This document shows, one piece after another, positions 39,605 to 49,262 of a stretch of DNA of 64,000 nucleotides. The stretch lies in contig JBBRLQ010000012.1 in assembly GCA_038231275.1 (NCBI GenBank), forward strand, positions 64,001 to 128,000. The letters run 5' to 3'. The translations under genes were made by a program, and so were the position numbers. The stretch is from Polyangiales bacterium. Its GTDB lineage: Bacteria > Myxococcota_A > Polyangia > Polyangiales > Polyangiaceae. Position 1 is the stretch's first letter. The number at the start of each line of letters is the position of its first letter. Below the pieces are notes generated by a model. It was not told where the DNA came from. It was given only the letters and a program-made list of their open reading frames with translations, and ran no database searches.

Positions 39605-39621
39605 GTAGGAAACTTTCCTAC
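39605..39621. promoter_or_regulatory. Perfect AT-rich palindrome (putative operator)
   Basis: GTAGGAAA-C-TTTCCTAC, 21 nt upstream of ATG 39583. Confidence 0.6.
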
Positions 39622-39751
39622 ATCTTCTTACCTAGCAAGGGCCGGGCCGTTCTGGGACCTACTGCATGTGTTCGAGATCATTGGCCGCCGATCGCCGCGG
39701 AGACCAAGGTAGGCCCATGTGGGATGGGAGAGAGTCCCACCCCCGATAGAA

Positions 39752-40927
39752 TCAGCCGCCGAAAAAGCTGCAGATCTGCGAGGGGCCCGGGCAGCACACG
39801 TCCCCGCCGCCGCCCGGGCCCTGGCTCGTGTGGAAGCAGACCTTCGCGCCGGTGCTCGGGTAGTAGTACGCCCAGAAGAAGCACATCTCCTGGTTGGCCG
39901 ACTCCCCGAAGCTCACGGACTGGCTCGACGTGTTGTTCCAATCGCACGTGAAGCGGAAGCCGCCGTTCGCGGGGACCTTGAAGGTTGGGCTGAACGTCTG
40001 CGTCTTCGGCTCCGACCACAACCACCCCGGCACGTTGTAGACCGACGTGCCCGGATCGGCGGCGCTCGCGACGGCGTCGACGGTCACGTTCGTTCCGTAC
40101 TGGTGCTCGTGCCCGGTCATCGCGAAGAAGTTCGCGTTCGCGTACTCCGGCGGCAGCTTGAAGAACGACGGCCCGAGCGTGAAGGTCGAGTGCGCGGCGA
40201 TCTGAATGTCCGGATTGCCGATGAAGAGGAAGCCCCCCTCGTACTTGAAGTCGGCGTCGGCGATCGGAATGAAGGTGCTCGTGGCGGTGAGCGTCACCGG
40301 CGACCCGCCCGGATTGATGTAGTGCACCTCGAGCCGCACCATTTGGTTCGCGTCGAGCGTGTAGCCGACGTTCGGCGGCAGCTGGAGGAGATCGTCCTTC
40401 TTCTGCGTGACGATCAGAGGCGAGCCCTTCGCCGGGTTCAAGGTGTCGGTGAACGGCTTGCAGTCGATCGGCGTGACCTGCTCGACCGTGTCGGCGACCT
40501 TGTAGACGATCATATGGTGCGACGCGGGGCCGAGCTGATCGTGGATCTGTCCGACGTGCAGCGCCGCCGCGTTGCCGAGGCGCTTGGTGATGCACTGCGT
40601 CTTCTCGACCTGCGGCCCAACCGTCGTCGGCGGGAACGTGATCGTGTACGAGCCCGGCGGCGGATTGCCCGACGAGCCGGAGGTGCCGGACGTTCCCGAG
40701 GTGCCAGACGTGCCGGACGTGCCCGACGTTCCAGACGTGCCGGACGTGCCCGACGTTCCAGACGTGCCCGACGTCCCTGAGGTGCCCGACGCGCCGGAGG
40801 TGCCGCCAGAAGTGCCGGACGTGCCCCCGGAAGCGCCGCTGCTGCTTCCGTCGGAGCTCGTCGATCCTCCGCACGCCGCCGCAATCACGAGAAGGAAAAG
40901 ACCCGAAGCCAGCGCAGCCTTACGCAT
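39752..40927 (-). CDS. Lipoprotein, copper type II ascorbate-dependent monooxygenase-like (PHM/DBH fold)
   Basis: SHHMIVY, LEVHYIN, TGHEHQYG, QEMCFF copper-ligand pattern; (SGT)n linker. Confidence 0.85.
   Translation of the reverse strand: MRKAALASGLFLLVIAAACGGSTSSDGSSSGASGGTSGTSGGTSGASGTSGTSGTSGTSGTSGTSGTSGTSGTSGTSGTSGTSGSSGNPPPGSYTITFPPTTVGPQVEKTQCITKRLGNAAALHVGQIHDQLGPASHHMIVYKVADTVEQVTPIDCKPFTDTLNPAKGSPLIVTQKKDDLLQLPPNVGYTLDANQMVRLEVHYINPGGSPVTLTATSTFIPIADADFKYEGGFLFIGNPDIQIAAHSTFTLGPSFFKLPPEYANANFFAMTGHEHQYGTNVTVDAVASAADPGTSVYNVPGWLWSEPKTQTFSPTFKVPANGGFRFTCDWNNTSSQSVSFGESANQEMCFFWAYYYPSTGAKVCFHTSQGPGGGGDVCCPGPSQICSFFGG
40672..40830 (-). repeat. Intragenic 9-bp repeat encoding a (SGT)n linker
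   Basis: TCSGGSACS-type units repeated more than ten times. Confidence 0.85.
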
Positions 40928-41095
40928 GCGCGGGTTTTAGCCCGCCGATCGCGGAGGTGCCACTTCCCTTACGATTTCATCATCATAACGACACGACCCG
41001 CGATGTAGGTCGGCCCGTCTCCGCGGCGCTCGGGCCCGTCAGCGACTTCTTCGCGTCGCCGCGGACCATCCTCGGTACTGTGTGGCCTCAACGTG

Positions 41096-41728
41096 ATGGG
41101 TCGCGGCAAAAGGACCTTCGGGGCAGCGTGCATCCTCTTCTCCGCGCTCACTTGCTGCGCGGAGCTTCGGGAGATGAAGCTCGGGAAGATGCCATGGGAC
41201 CACCCCAGCATCGTCGAGGTGGCCCCCAAGGGGCCCATGCTCCCGCTCGTGTCGCCGGGCGAGACGTTGAGGGGGGACAAGGGGCCGGCGAGCGCGCCCT
41301 ACCCCGCGTCCTTCGGCGCGACGATCAAGGCCGACGGCACCGTGATCTTTCCGGAGGGAGCGCCAGGCAAAGTGCGCGGCGCGAGCATCGTCGTCGGTGG
41401 CAGCCCGGTCGTCACGCTCTCGGCGGACGGCGAGGTCTCGGGAAACGGCCTCAAGCACCGCTATCGCTTCGCGCCCGACGGCGATCTGCTCGACGCCAAC
41501 GGCCGCGGCCTCCGTCTCGCCCCCGACGGCGGCGTGCGCGCCATCGGGGGGCCGTACCACTACAAGGACGTGATGGTGTGGGCCGGCGCTGTGACGACGA
41601 GCACGCCGTACGACAAGCCGAAGGGCGAGGCCGCGGCGCCCTCGTGGGATCGCACGTCGTGGCGCACCGTTGCGATCGTGTCGCTCCTCATGGTGGAGAA
41701 CCTGCTCCCCGAAGCGCTCGGCAGGTGA
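41096..41728 (+). CDS. Hypothetical secreted/lipoprotein
   Basis: Hydrophobic N-terminus with Cys; beta-rich; GTGA overlap with next gene; start uncertain. Confidence 0.55.
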   Translation: MGRGKRTFGAACILFSALTCCAELREMKLGKMPWDHPSIVEVAPKGPMLPLVSPGETLRGDKGPASAPYPASFGATIKADGTVIFPEGAPGKVRGASIVVGGSPVVTLSADGEVSGNGLKHRYRFAPDGDLLDANGRGLRLAPDGGVRAIGGPYHYKDVMVWAGAVTTSTPYDKPKGEAAAPSWDRTSWRTVAIVSLLMVENLLPEALGR

Positions 41729-42630
41729 CGGGCCGGGTCGGTCGCCGCGCGGCGCTCTCGGCGGCGGCGACGCTCGCCCTCACGCGGGCCTCGATCGCAG
41801 AAGAAGCGCTCGGTAATGCGGTCCGCGATCTGGTGGTGCGCGACGTTACGCAGCCGTCGTGGCGGGGGACGCCGCGGCGCTACGTGCTCCTCTTGCCCAC
41901 GCACCTGGCGCCGAACGATCGCGTGCCGCTGCTCGTGCTCTTGCACGGCCTCGCGGAGACGGTGGACGCGAAGATGGGCGCGTATGCGTGGCTCGAGCGG
42001 TACGGCGTCGGTAGCGCGTACGATCGGCTGAGGCGCGCGCCGATCGAGCGCACGAGCCGGCGCGGGGAGTGGACCGACGCGCGCATCGCCGAAGTGAACG
42101 CGTCGCTCACGACGACGCCTTTCCGCGGCATGGCGGTCGTGTGCCCGTTCGTCCCCAACGTGTACAAATCCGCGAGCCCCGCCGTGGAGCTCGACGCGCT
42201 GGCGTCGTGGATCGTGGACGACGTGATCCCCGCATGCCAGGTCGACGCGCCCGTCGTCCCCGACCCATCGCGCACGGGACTCGACGGGTGCTCGCTCGGA
42301 GGCTTCATCGGGCTGGAGGTGTTCCTGCGGCGCCCCGAGGCGTTCGCGACGTGGGGCGGCGTGCAGAGCGCGATCTCAGAGGCAGGCGCACCGGGCTACG
42401 CGGACCGCCTCGCAAAGGCGCTCGCCAAGGTCGGACCGCGCAAGCTCCACGTCGAGTCGAGCTCGCAGGACCCGTACCGCACCGCCAACGAGCGCTTGGC
42501 CGCCGAGCTCGCCCTCCGCAAGGTCGCGTGCGAGCTGCGCGTCCCGCCCGGTCCCCACGACCAGCCGTGGCTGCGGGAGACCGGCACGATCGAGATGCTC
42601 GCCTGGCACGATCGCGCGCTGCGCGGCTAG
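41725..42630 (+). CDS. Alpha/beta-hydrolase (esterase), possible Tat signal
   Basis: GRRAAL; LVLLHG; GCSLGG nucleophile elbow; QDPY; PGPHD. Confidence 0.82.
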   Translation: MTGRVGRRAALSAAATLALTRASIAEEALGNAVRDLVVRDVTQPSWRGTPRRYVLLLPTHLAPNDRVPLLVLLHGLAETVDAKMGAYAWLERYGVGSAYDRLRRAPIERTSRRGEWTDARIAEVNASLTTTPFRGMAVVCPFVPNVYKSASPAVELDALASWIVDDVIPACQVDAPVVPDPSRTGLDGCSLGGFIGLEVFLRRPEAFATWGGVQSAISEAGAPGYADRLAKALAKVGPRKLHVESSSQDPYRTANERLAAELALRKVACELRVPPGPHDQPWLRETGTIEMLAWHDRALRG

Positions 42631-42664
42631 GAGACGGAGGGGATTTGGGGCTATTCTTCCCGCC

Positions 42665-43135
42665 ATGGCCAAGTCCAACGCCGACGCCCTCACCCTGCTC
42701 GAGAAGCACGCCGCCGAGATCCGCAAGGAGCTCGCGGTGCCGCGGCAGAACGACGTCTTCCGCGCGGCGGTCGAGGCCGGCTTCCTCGCGGCGATGGGCG
42801 ACGGGGAGATGGACGACACCGAGCGCAACACGATCATCCGCTGCGTCGAGCTCCTCTCGGAGGGAGTCGTCATCGAGTGGGAGACGGATCACCTCCTCGA
42901 CGAGTGCGCCGAGCGCGCCGAAAAAGAGGGGAAGGACAAGCGCGCGAAGGCCGTCGGCGCCGCCCTCAAGGAGCTGGGGCACGCCGAGGCCGGCCTGCTG
43001 TTCGCTGCGGTCATCGCGCGCGTCACCAACGGCGTCGACAAGAAAGAGGCGGAGGTCCTGAAGGCGGTGGGCGGCGCCGCGGGCATCGGGGCCGACAAGA
43101 TCAAGTCGATCGTGAAGCGCGCCGCGCTCGCCTGA
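42665..43135 (+). CDS. TerB-like (tellurite resistance) domain protein
   Basis: AAMGDGEMDDTE and NGVDKKEAEVL metal-binding-type motifs. Confidence 0.75.
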   Translation: MAKSNADALTLLEKHAAEIRKELAVPRQNDVFRAAVEAGFLAAMGDGEMDDTERNTIIRCVELLSEGVVIEWETDHLLDECAERAEKEGKDKRAKAVGAALKELGHAEAGLLFAAVIARVTNGVDKKEAEVLKAVGGAAGIGADKIKSIVKRAALA

Positions 43136-43143
43136 GTCCGAAC

Positions 43144-44841
43144 GTGGAGCCGACCGCCGCGACTGCCGCGACTGCCGCGACTGCCGCGACCGGCGCCGAC
43201 GTGCTCGAGCAGAAGATCGCGCGGGTCGCGTCGCGCAAGGACGACTGGGCGAGGACGCCGATCGCCGCGCGCCTCGTCCTCTTGCGCGCCTGCATCGACG
43301 GCGTGCTCGCCTCCGCGACGCGCTGGGTGCAAGGCGGCTGCGCGATGAAGGGGATCGATCCGGCTTCCTCCCTCGCCGGCGAAGAGTGGCTCGTCGGCCC
43401 GTGGGCCACGCTCCGCAACCTGCGCCTCCTCGTGACCGCGCTCGAGGCTGGCGGCATGCCGCGACCCCCCAAGATGCGGACCCGCGACGACGGCCAGCGC
43501 GTCGCCGAGGTGTTCCCGTCCACCTTCGCGGATCGGCTTCTTTTTACGGGTTTTCGCGCCGAAGTGTGGATCGAGCCCGGAAAACCCGCGACGCAAGGGG
43601 CCATCTATCGGTCGCCGCAGTCCACCGGGAAGCTCGCGCTCATCCTCGGCGGCGGCAACGTCTCGTCGATCCCGGCGACGGATGTACTCTACAAGCTTTT
43701 CGTGGAGAACGAGGTCACGGTCCTCAAGATCAACCCCGTGAACGACTTCATCGGGTCGGTGCTCGAGGAGGCGTTCAAGGTGCTGGTGGACGAAGGGTTC
43801 TTGGCCATCGTCCACGGGGGCGCGGAGACCGGGGCGCTCCTGTCCAGTCACGCGTCGATCGACACGCTCCACGTCACCGGGTCTGATCGCACGTACGACG
43901 CGATCGTGTGGGGCCCGCGGAGCGGGCAGGCCGAGCGCAAGGCGAGGGGCGCGCGCCAGAATCCGCGAGCGTTCAGCGCCGAGCTCGGGTGTGTGACGCC
44001 CATCTTGGTCGTGCCGGGCCCGTGGTCGGCGGCGGATCTTCGCTTCCAGGCGCAGCAAGTCGCAGGCTCGGTCGTGCAGAACGCGAGCTTCAACTGCAAC
44101 GCCGGCAAGGTGCTCACCGTCGCGAGCGGCTGGCTCCAGAAGGACGCGTTCCTCCGCGAGGTCCGCGCGGCGCTCGCCTCGACGCCGCCGCGCAAGGCGT
44201 ACTATCCGGGCGCGTTCGAGCGCTGGCGCGGCTTCAAGGACGCCTATCCGCAAGCCGAGGTGCTTGGCGCCGGGGGCGAGGGCGAGGGCGGCGTCGTTCC
44301 TTGGACGTACATCCCCGGCGTCCCTGCGCGCGAAGGCGAGCGCGCGCTCACGACAGAGGCGTTCTGCGGCGTCCTCGCGGAGGTCACGCTCGACGCCGAC
44401 GATCCGGCCACGTTCTTCGAGCGCGCGACGCGCTTCGCGAACGACGCGTGCTGGGGAACCCTGAGCGTCACCGTCCTCGTCCACCCCTCGACGATGCGCG
44501 ACCATCGCGAAGCCCTCGCGCGCATGCTCGGCGAGCTTCGCTACGGCGGCATCGGCGTCAACTGCTGGTCGGCCGTCTGCTACGCGCTCGGCTCGACGTC
44601 GTGGGGCGCCTTCCCGGGTCACACCCCCGAGGACATTCGTTCGGGCACCGGCGTCGTCCACAACGGCTGGCTCTTCGACCACCCGCAAAAATCAGTCGTC
44701 TACGCGCCGTTCCGAATCCGTCCCGCGCCGGTGTGGTTTCCCCAGCGAAAGAAGCTCGACAAGCTCGGTAAGGCGATGACCGAGCACGAGGGCCGTCCGT
44801 CGCTGGGCCGGCTGATGAAGGTCCTCGGCGCAGCGCTCTAA
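43144..44841 (+). CDS. Aldehyde dehydrogenase family protein
   Basis: GGGNV, LKINP, HVTGS, AELG, FNCNAG (catalytic Cys), TEAF. Confidence 0.9.
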   Translation: MEPTAATAATAATAATGADVLEQKIARVASRKDDWARTPIAARLVLLRACIDGVLASATRWVQGGCAMKGIDPASSLAGEEWLVGPWATLRNLRLLVTALEAGGMPRPPKMRTRDDGQRVAEVFPSTFADRLLFTGFRAEVWIEPGKPATQGAIYRSPQSTGKLALILGGGNVSSIPATDVLYKLFVENEVTVLKINPVNDFIGSVLEEAFKVLVDEGFLAIVHGGAETGALLSSHASIDTLHVTGSDRTYDAIVWGPRSGQAERKARGARQNPRAFSAELGCVTPILVVPGPWSAADLRFQAQQVAGSVVQNASFNCNAGKVLTVASGWLQKDAFLREVRAALASTPPRKAYYPGAFERWRGFKDAYPQAEVLGAGGEGEGGVVPWTYIPGVPAREGERALTTEAFCGVLAEVTLDADDPATFFERATRFANDACWGTLSVTVLVHPSTMRDHREALARMLGELRYGGIGVNCWSAVCYALGSTSWGAFPGHTPEDIRSGTGVVHNGWLFDHPQKSVVYAPFRIRPAPVWFPQRKKLDKLGKAMTEHEGRPSLGRLMKVLGAAL

Positions 44842-44978
44842 GCCGAGGAACGCGTCGGGTCCGAAGACGGCTCTTGCGACTCCGTGAAAAGGGCGATATA
44901 CGCGGCCTCACTTAATGTGTGGGTAGTGTTTTTTGGCGGTCGCCTTTGGGCCGTGCGCAGTGGGGAGGGATCGGCCGT

Positions 44979-45218
44979 ATGGACAAGACGTTGAGGTGCA
45001 CCGTGTGCACGTGGCGAGGTGCGTGGAGCGACGCCGTGAACGCTCGCCCGATCCCGCCGCGCACGCTGCCGGCGCCGCTTTGGGACATCCAGGACGCCTA
45101 CGAGCAAAAACAAGCCGCGAGCGTTCGCTTCGGGATGACCCGCGAGCCGCCGTGCCCGCGGTGTGGTCACCACACGATCACGGTGCGCCGCACGCCGAGC
45201 TTTCACCCGGCGATGTGA
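44979..45218 (+). CDS. Small zinc-ribbon protein
   Basis: CTVCTW and CPRCGH pairs; GGAGGG RBS. Confidence 0.65.
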   Translation: MDKTLRCTVCTWRGAWSDAVNARPIPPRTLPAPLWDIQDAYEQKQAASVRFGMTREPPCPRCGHHTITVRRTPSFHPAM

Positions 45219-45245
45219 GCGCGAGAGCGCGGAGGGACCCGCCGG

Positions 45246-46844
45246 TCAGTTGCCGGTCGCGGAGAGCTCGAGATCGGGCGGCGCGTCGGCGCAGAGGATC
45301 GTCGGGTTACCGCTCGCGTTCGGCTGAATCGTCAGCGTGATGTGACCGAGCGTCTGCACGCCCTTCGGAGGGTTCGTCACGGTCAGCGTGCCCGGGACTC
45401 CTGCACCCCCGACGAGGTTTCCGGCGAAGACGTTGCTGCTCCACGTCGGCGTGCCCCCGTCTACGGCCGGCTGGCTGATCGCGCCCACGGCGGTCCCATC
45501 GCCCAGCCGGAAGGTGCCCTGGTAGTTGCCCACGTTGGTCACCGAGAACCCCGCAAACTGCGACGCGCCACCCGGACCGCCCGTCGAGATCGCGTTAGGG
45601 GAATACTGGAGGACCGCGCCACGCGCCGTTTGGCTCAACGTGATCGTGTGGAGCTTGGGACCAGAGCCGTCGTTCGTCGTGATGGTCAGCGTGTCACCGA
45701 AGAAGTTCGCGTCGGTGCGCGACGGCTTGGGGATGGCGTTGGAGGCGATCATGAAGGGCTGAGTCAGGCCCGCCGCAACGCTGCCTGGCGTGCCCCCCGT
45801 CTGGGTGAGCGTGTAGGGGCTCGCGGCGGCCTTCGCGAAGGCGTAGGTGAAGGTGATTCCGGCCCCCTTGTTCTGGAGCTGGAAGTTCTGGGACGGCGCC
45901 GCTAGGCCGCCGCAGTTCGTGAGACCGAAATCGAGATTGGTCGGGCTGATGAAGACGCTGTTGTCGCCGGCTCCTTGGAGGAGCGCATTCACGGGGAGCG
46001 GCCCGCACAGGGCCACCGGTGTGCCGCCGCCGCTCGTGTCGATGCTGGTGATGAGCGTGTCGGTGTAACCCGACGCGATCGGCGGAGTGAACGTGATGAT
46101 TGGCGCCTTCGGCACCGAGGGATCGATCGTGAAGGTCCCCGGCGAGACGCTGAAGACGGGGCCTGCCACCCCGAGCTTCACCGCGGCGGCGACGTTGCCG
46201 ATGTTGGTCATGCTGAACGTCGACTGCGCCGACTGCGCCACCGCCTGCGAGTTGAAGTTGAAGCCGTTGCCGAGCGTCGACGTGAGGATGACGCCGCGTG
46301 CTGTCTGGTGGAGCTGGATCACGTGCGTCGTGTCGTTCGACGCGCTCGTCTGGATGATGACGACGCCACCGTAGAGGTCGGGCGTGACCGCCGAGGTCGC
46401 GGGGACCGCCTGCGGGATGACCTGCATGATCGCCGACTGGCCCGCGTTCACGGTGCCCTCCACCGGCGAGAGCGTGTAGTAGGCGGCACCTGCCGACAGC
46501 TTCGCGCTCCACTTCAACGAGGAGGTGCCGGTGTTCGAGATCGTCACGGGCACGGACGTCGCCGACGCGCCGCAGTTGACGAAGCCATTGTCGCCGAAGC
46601 GGATGTCGGTCACCGAGCCGGCGTCGCCGCTCGAGATGTTCACCGTGGTCGGCCCGCCCTCGGGCGGCGGCGCGGCTTCGGCGACGTCGATGTTGTTGTT
46701 GGGCGCGTCCGACACGATGCCACCGTCGGAGTCTCCGATCAGCGAGCCGGGGTGCGCCGCAGAGCTGCCGCACGCCACCGGAATGAACATCAACGCCGTC
46801 ACCGCAAAGCCGAAAGCGATCGAGAGATAAGCAGCTTTTCGCAT
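45246..46844 (-). CDS. Surface lipoprotein with tandem Ig-like (choice-of-anchor D / ASH-type) domains
   Basis: Lipobox PVAC; repeats ISNTG / MTNIG / LQNKG / VTNVG and LHQTARG / LSQTARG. Confidence 0.78.
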   Translation of the reverse strand: MRKAAYLSIAFGFAVTALMFIPVACGSSAAHPGSLIGDSDGGIVSDAPNNNIDVAEAAPPPEGGPTTVNISSGDAGSVTDIRFGDNGFVNCGASATSVPVTISNTGTSSLKWSAKLSAGAAYYTLSPVEGTVNAGQSAIMQVIPQAVPATSAVTPDLYGGVVIIQTSASNDTTHVIQLHQTARGVILTSTLGNGFNFNSQAVAQSAQSTFSMTNIGNVAAAVKLGVAGPVFSVSPGTFTIDPSVPKAPIITFTPPIASGYTDTLITSIDTSGGGTPVALCGPLPVNALLQGAGDNSVFISPTNLDFGLTNCGGLAAPSQNFQLQNKGAGITFTYAFAKAAASPYTLTQTGGTPGSVAAGLTQPFMIASNAIPKPSRTDANFFGDTLTITTNDGSGPKLHTITLSQTARGAVLQYSPNAISTGGPGGASQFAGFSVTNVGNYQGTFRLGDGTAVGAISQPAVDGGTPTWSSNVFAGNLVGGAGVPGTLTVTNPPKGVQTLGHITLTIQPNASGNPTILCADAPPDLELSATGN

Positions 46845-47017
46845 GATGACAGGATAGCGAGGTTTCACCGCGGCGCTCAACAAACTGGGCGCGCGAAGCG
46901 GGCTCGCGCCGTTGACATCGGCGGCGCGCGTCACAAGATGAGAGGAAGCGCGAGGTATGTCGCCCGCGTGTTACCCCGCCGGGAGTGAGGACCACCTCGG
47001 CGAGTTGGAGTCGGAAA

Positions 47018-47536
47018 ATGCATGGATATCCTGGAATGATGGCGTGGTGGAACGCGCATCGCGATGGGCACTTTGGTCGAGGCGTTGGGAGAGGGTGTGG
47101 GCCCGGAGCGCACGCGCACGGACCTGGCGACGGACCGCATCAGGGAGGGCCCGGTGCGTGGGCCGGACCTGGCGGTGGCCACGAAGAGGGCGGCGGAGGC
47201 TTCGGCGTGCGGCGTCCGCTCCGGTTCTTGGCGTTCAAGCTTGAGCTCGACGAGTCGCAGGTCACCGAGCTCGCGCGCATCCTCAACGATCTCAAGACGG
47301 AGCGCGCGCAGGCGGCGGTCGACGACCGGCGCACGGTGAGCGCGTTCGCCGACGCGATCGCGGAGGGCGCGTGGGACGAAGGCAAAGCGATCGCGGCGGC
47401 GGACGCGCGCGTGAAGAGCGCGCAGGCGCTGAAGGACGCGGTGGTGAAGGCCCTCGGCCGCATCCACGCGCTCCTCGAGACGGGTCAGCGAGAGAAGCTC
47501 GCGTACCTGATCCGGACCGGCACGCTCAGCATCTGA
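47018..47536 (+). CDS. Spy/CpxP-like (LTXXQ) protein
   Basis: KLELDESQ and LLETGQREK motifs; Gly-rich N-terminus; no obvious signal peptide. Confidence 0.72.
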   Translation: MHGYPGMMAWWNAHRDGHFGRGVGRGCGPGAHAHGPGDGPHQGGPGAWAGPGGGHEEGGGGFGVRRPLRFLAFKLELDESQVTELARILNDLKTERAQAAVDDRRTVSAFADAIAEGAWDEGKAIAAADARVKSAQALKDAVVKALGRIHALLETGQREKLAYLIRTGTLSI

Positions 47537-47627
47537 AGCGTCATCTGAAACGTCGCATTCTGACCGGCTGAGCCGCGACTCTCCTCTCGATCGCGTGTAT
47601 CGTCTCGCGCTTCGGGAGGAGAGGCGC

Positions 47628-49262
47628 ATGCTCGAAGGGACCATGATGGATTTCCCGCTCACGGTCGGGCACTTGCTCGACCGCGCGCGGACGTTCTTCG
47701 GCGCGGGGGAGGTCGTGAGCCGGCTGTCGGACCGATCCATCCACCGGACGACGTACGGCGAGCTGCACCGCCGCGCGTGTCGCCTCGCCAACGCCCTCGT
47801 GCGCCTCGGCGTGAAGCCCGGCGATCGCGTCGCGACGCTGTGCTGGAACCACTCGCGCCACCTCGAGGCGTACCTCGCGGTGCCCGCAATGGGCGCCGTG
47901 CTGCACACGCTCAACCTTCGCCTCCACCCGAACGAGCTCCGCTACATCGCGACGCACGCCGGCGACAAAATCGTCCTGTGCGATCGCTCGCTCTTGCCGC
48001 TCCTCGAGAAGTTCGTGAAGGAGGTGCCGACGGTCACGCACGTCGTCGTCCTCGGAGACGACGGCGAGGTCGACGCGTCGATGCTCGACTACGAGAAGCT
48101 CCTCGCGAAAGAGCAAGAGCACTACGACTTCCCGACGCTGGACGAGAAGAGCGCCGCGCTCATCTGCTACACGTCCGGCACGACGGGAAATCCGAAGGGT
48201 GTAGTCTACAGTCATCGCTCGACGGTGCTGCATTCGCTCGCGGTGTGCATGACCGACACCCTGGGCCTCGGCGAGGCCGACACGGTGCTCCCCGTCGTCC
48301 CGATGTTCCACGCGAACGCGTGGGGCCTGCCGTACAGCGCGGTGCTGTCGGGCGCGAAGCTGATTTTCCCCGGCCCGCACTTGGATCCGACGAGCCTGCT
48401 CGAGCTGATGCAGGACGAGAAGGTGACCCTCGCAGGCGGCGTGCCGACGATCTGGCTCGGCATCCTCGCGCTCCTCGACGCATCGCCGAAGAAATGGGAC
48501 CTGTCGAGCATCCGCCGCATGGTCATCGGAGGGTCCGCCGCGCCGCCGTCGCTCATCGACGGCTTCGCCAAGCGCCACGGCATCGAGGTGCTGCACGCCT
48601 GGGGCATGACCGAGATGAACCCCATCGGCACCGTCGCGCGCCTGCGGCGCGAGCACGCGAACCTGAGCGCCGAAGAGAAGCTCCACGTCCGCGCGTCGCA
48701 GGGCTACCCGGTTCCCTTCGTCGAGCAGCGTCACACCAGCGACACCGGAAACATCCTGCCTTGGGACGGCAAGACGATGGGTGAGCTCGAGGTGCGCGGG
48801 CCGTGGGTCGCCAAGGGGTACCTCGGCGGCGAGGGAAAGGACCGCTTCACCGACGACGGCTGGTTCAAGACCGGCGACGTGGTCACGCTCGACGCGGCGG
48901 GCTACGTACGCATCTGCGACCGCTCGAAGGACGTCATCAAGTCGGGCGGCGAGTGGATCAGCTCGGTCGATCTCGAGAACGCGCTCATGGCGCACCCGGC
49001 GGTGCTCGAGGCGGCGGTCTTCGCGGGGGTCCACCCGAAGTGGGACGAGCGGCCGATCGCCGCGATCGTGTGGAAGCCGAACGCCACGGCGACCGACGAC
49101 GAGCTCCGCGCTCACTTGGAAGGGCGTTTTCCGAAGTTCTGGATGCCCGACGCGTTCGTCGTCGTCGAGCAAGTGCCGCGGACGTCGACCGGGAAATTCC
49201 TGAAGACGCGCCTGCGTGAGCTCTACGGCGACATTCTGACCAAGGGCGTCACTTCGACGTGA
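47628..49262 (+). CDS. Long/medium-chain fatty acid-CoA ligase (AlkK/DmdB-like)
   Basis: [48 protein letters not shown]. Confidence 0.94.
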   Translation: MLEGTMMDFPLTVGHLLDRARTFFGAGEVVSRLSDRSIHRTTYGELHRRACRLANALVRLGVKPGDRVATLCWNHSRHLEAYLAVPAMGAVLHTLNLRLHPNELRYIATHAGDKIVLCDRSLLPLLEKFVKEVPTVTHVVVLGDDGEVDASMLDYEKLLAKEQEHYDFPTLDEKSAALICYTSGTTGNPKGVVYSHRSTVLHSLAVCMTDTLGLGEADTVLPVVPMFHANAWGLPYSAVLSGAKLIFPGPHLDPTSLLELMQDEKVTLAGGVPTIWLGILALLDASPKKWDLSSIRRMVIGGSAAPPSLIDGFAKRHGIEVLHAWGMTEMNPIGTVARLRREHANLSAEEKLHVRASQGYPVPFVEQRHTSDTGNILPWDGKTMGELEVRGPWVAKGYLGGEGKDRFTDDGWFKTGDVVTLDAAGYVRICDRSKDVIKSGGEWISSVDLENALMAHPAVLEAAVFAGVHPKWDERPIAAIVWKPNATATDDELRAHLEGRFPKFWMPDAFVVVEQVPRTSTGKFLKTRLRELYGDILTKGVTST

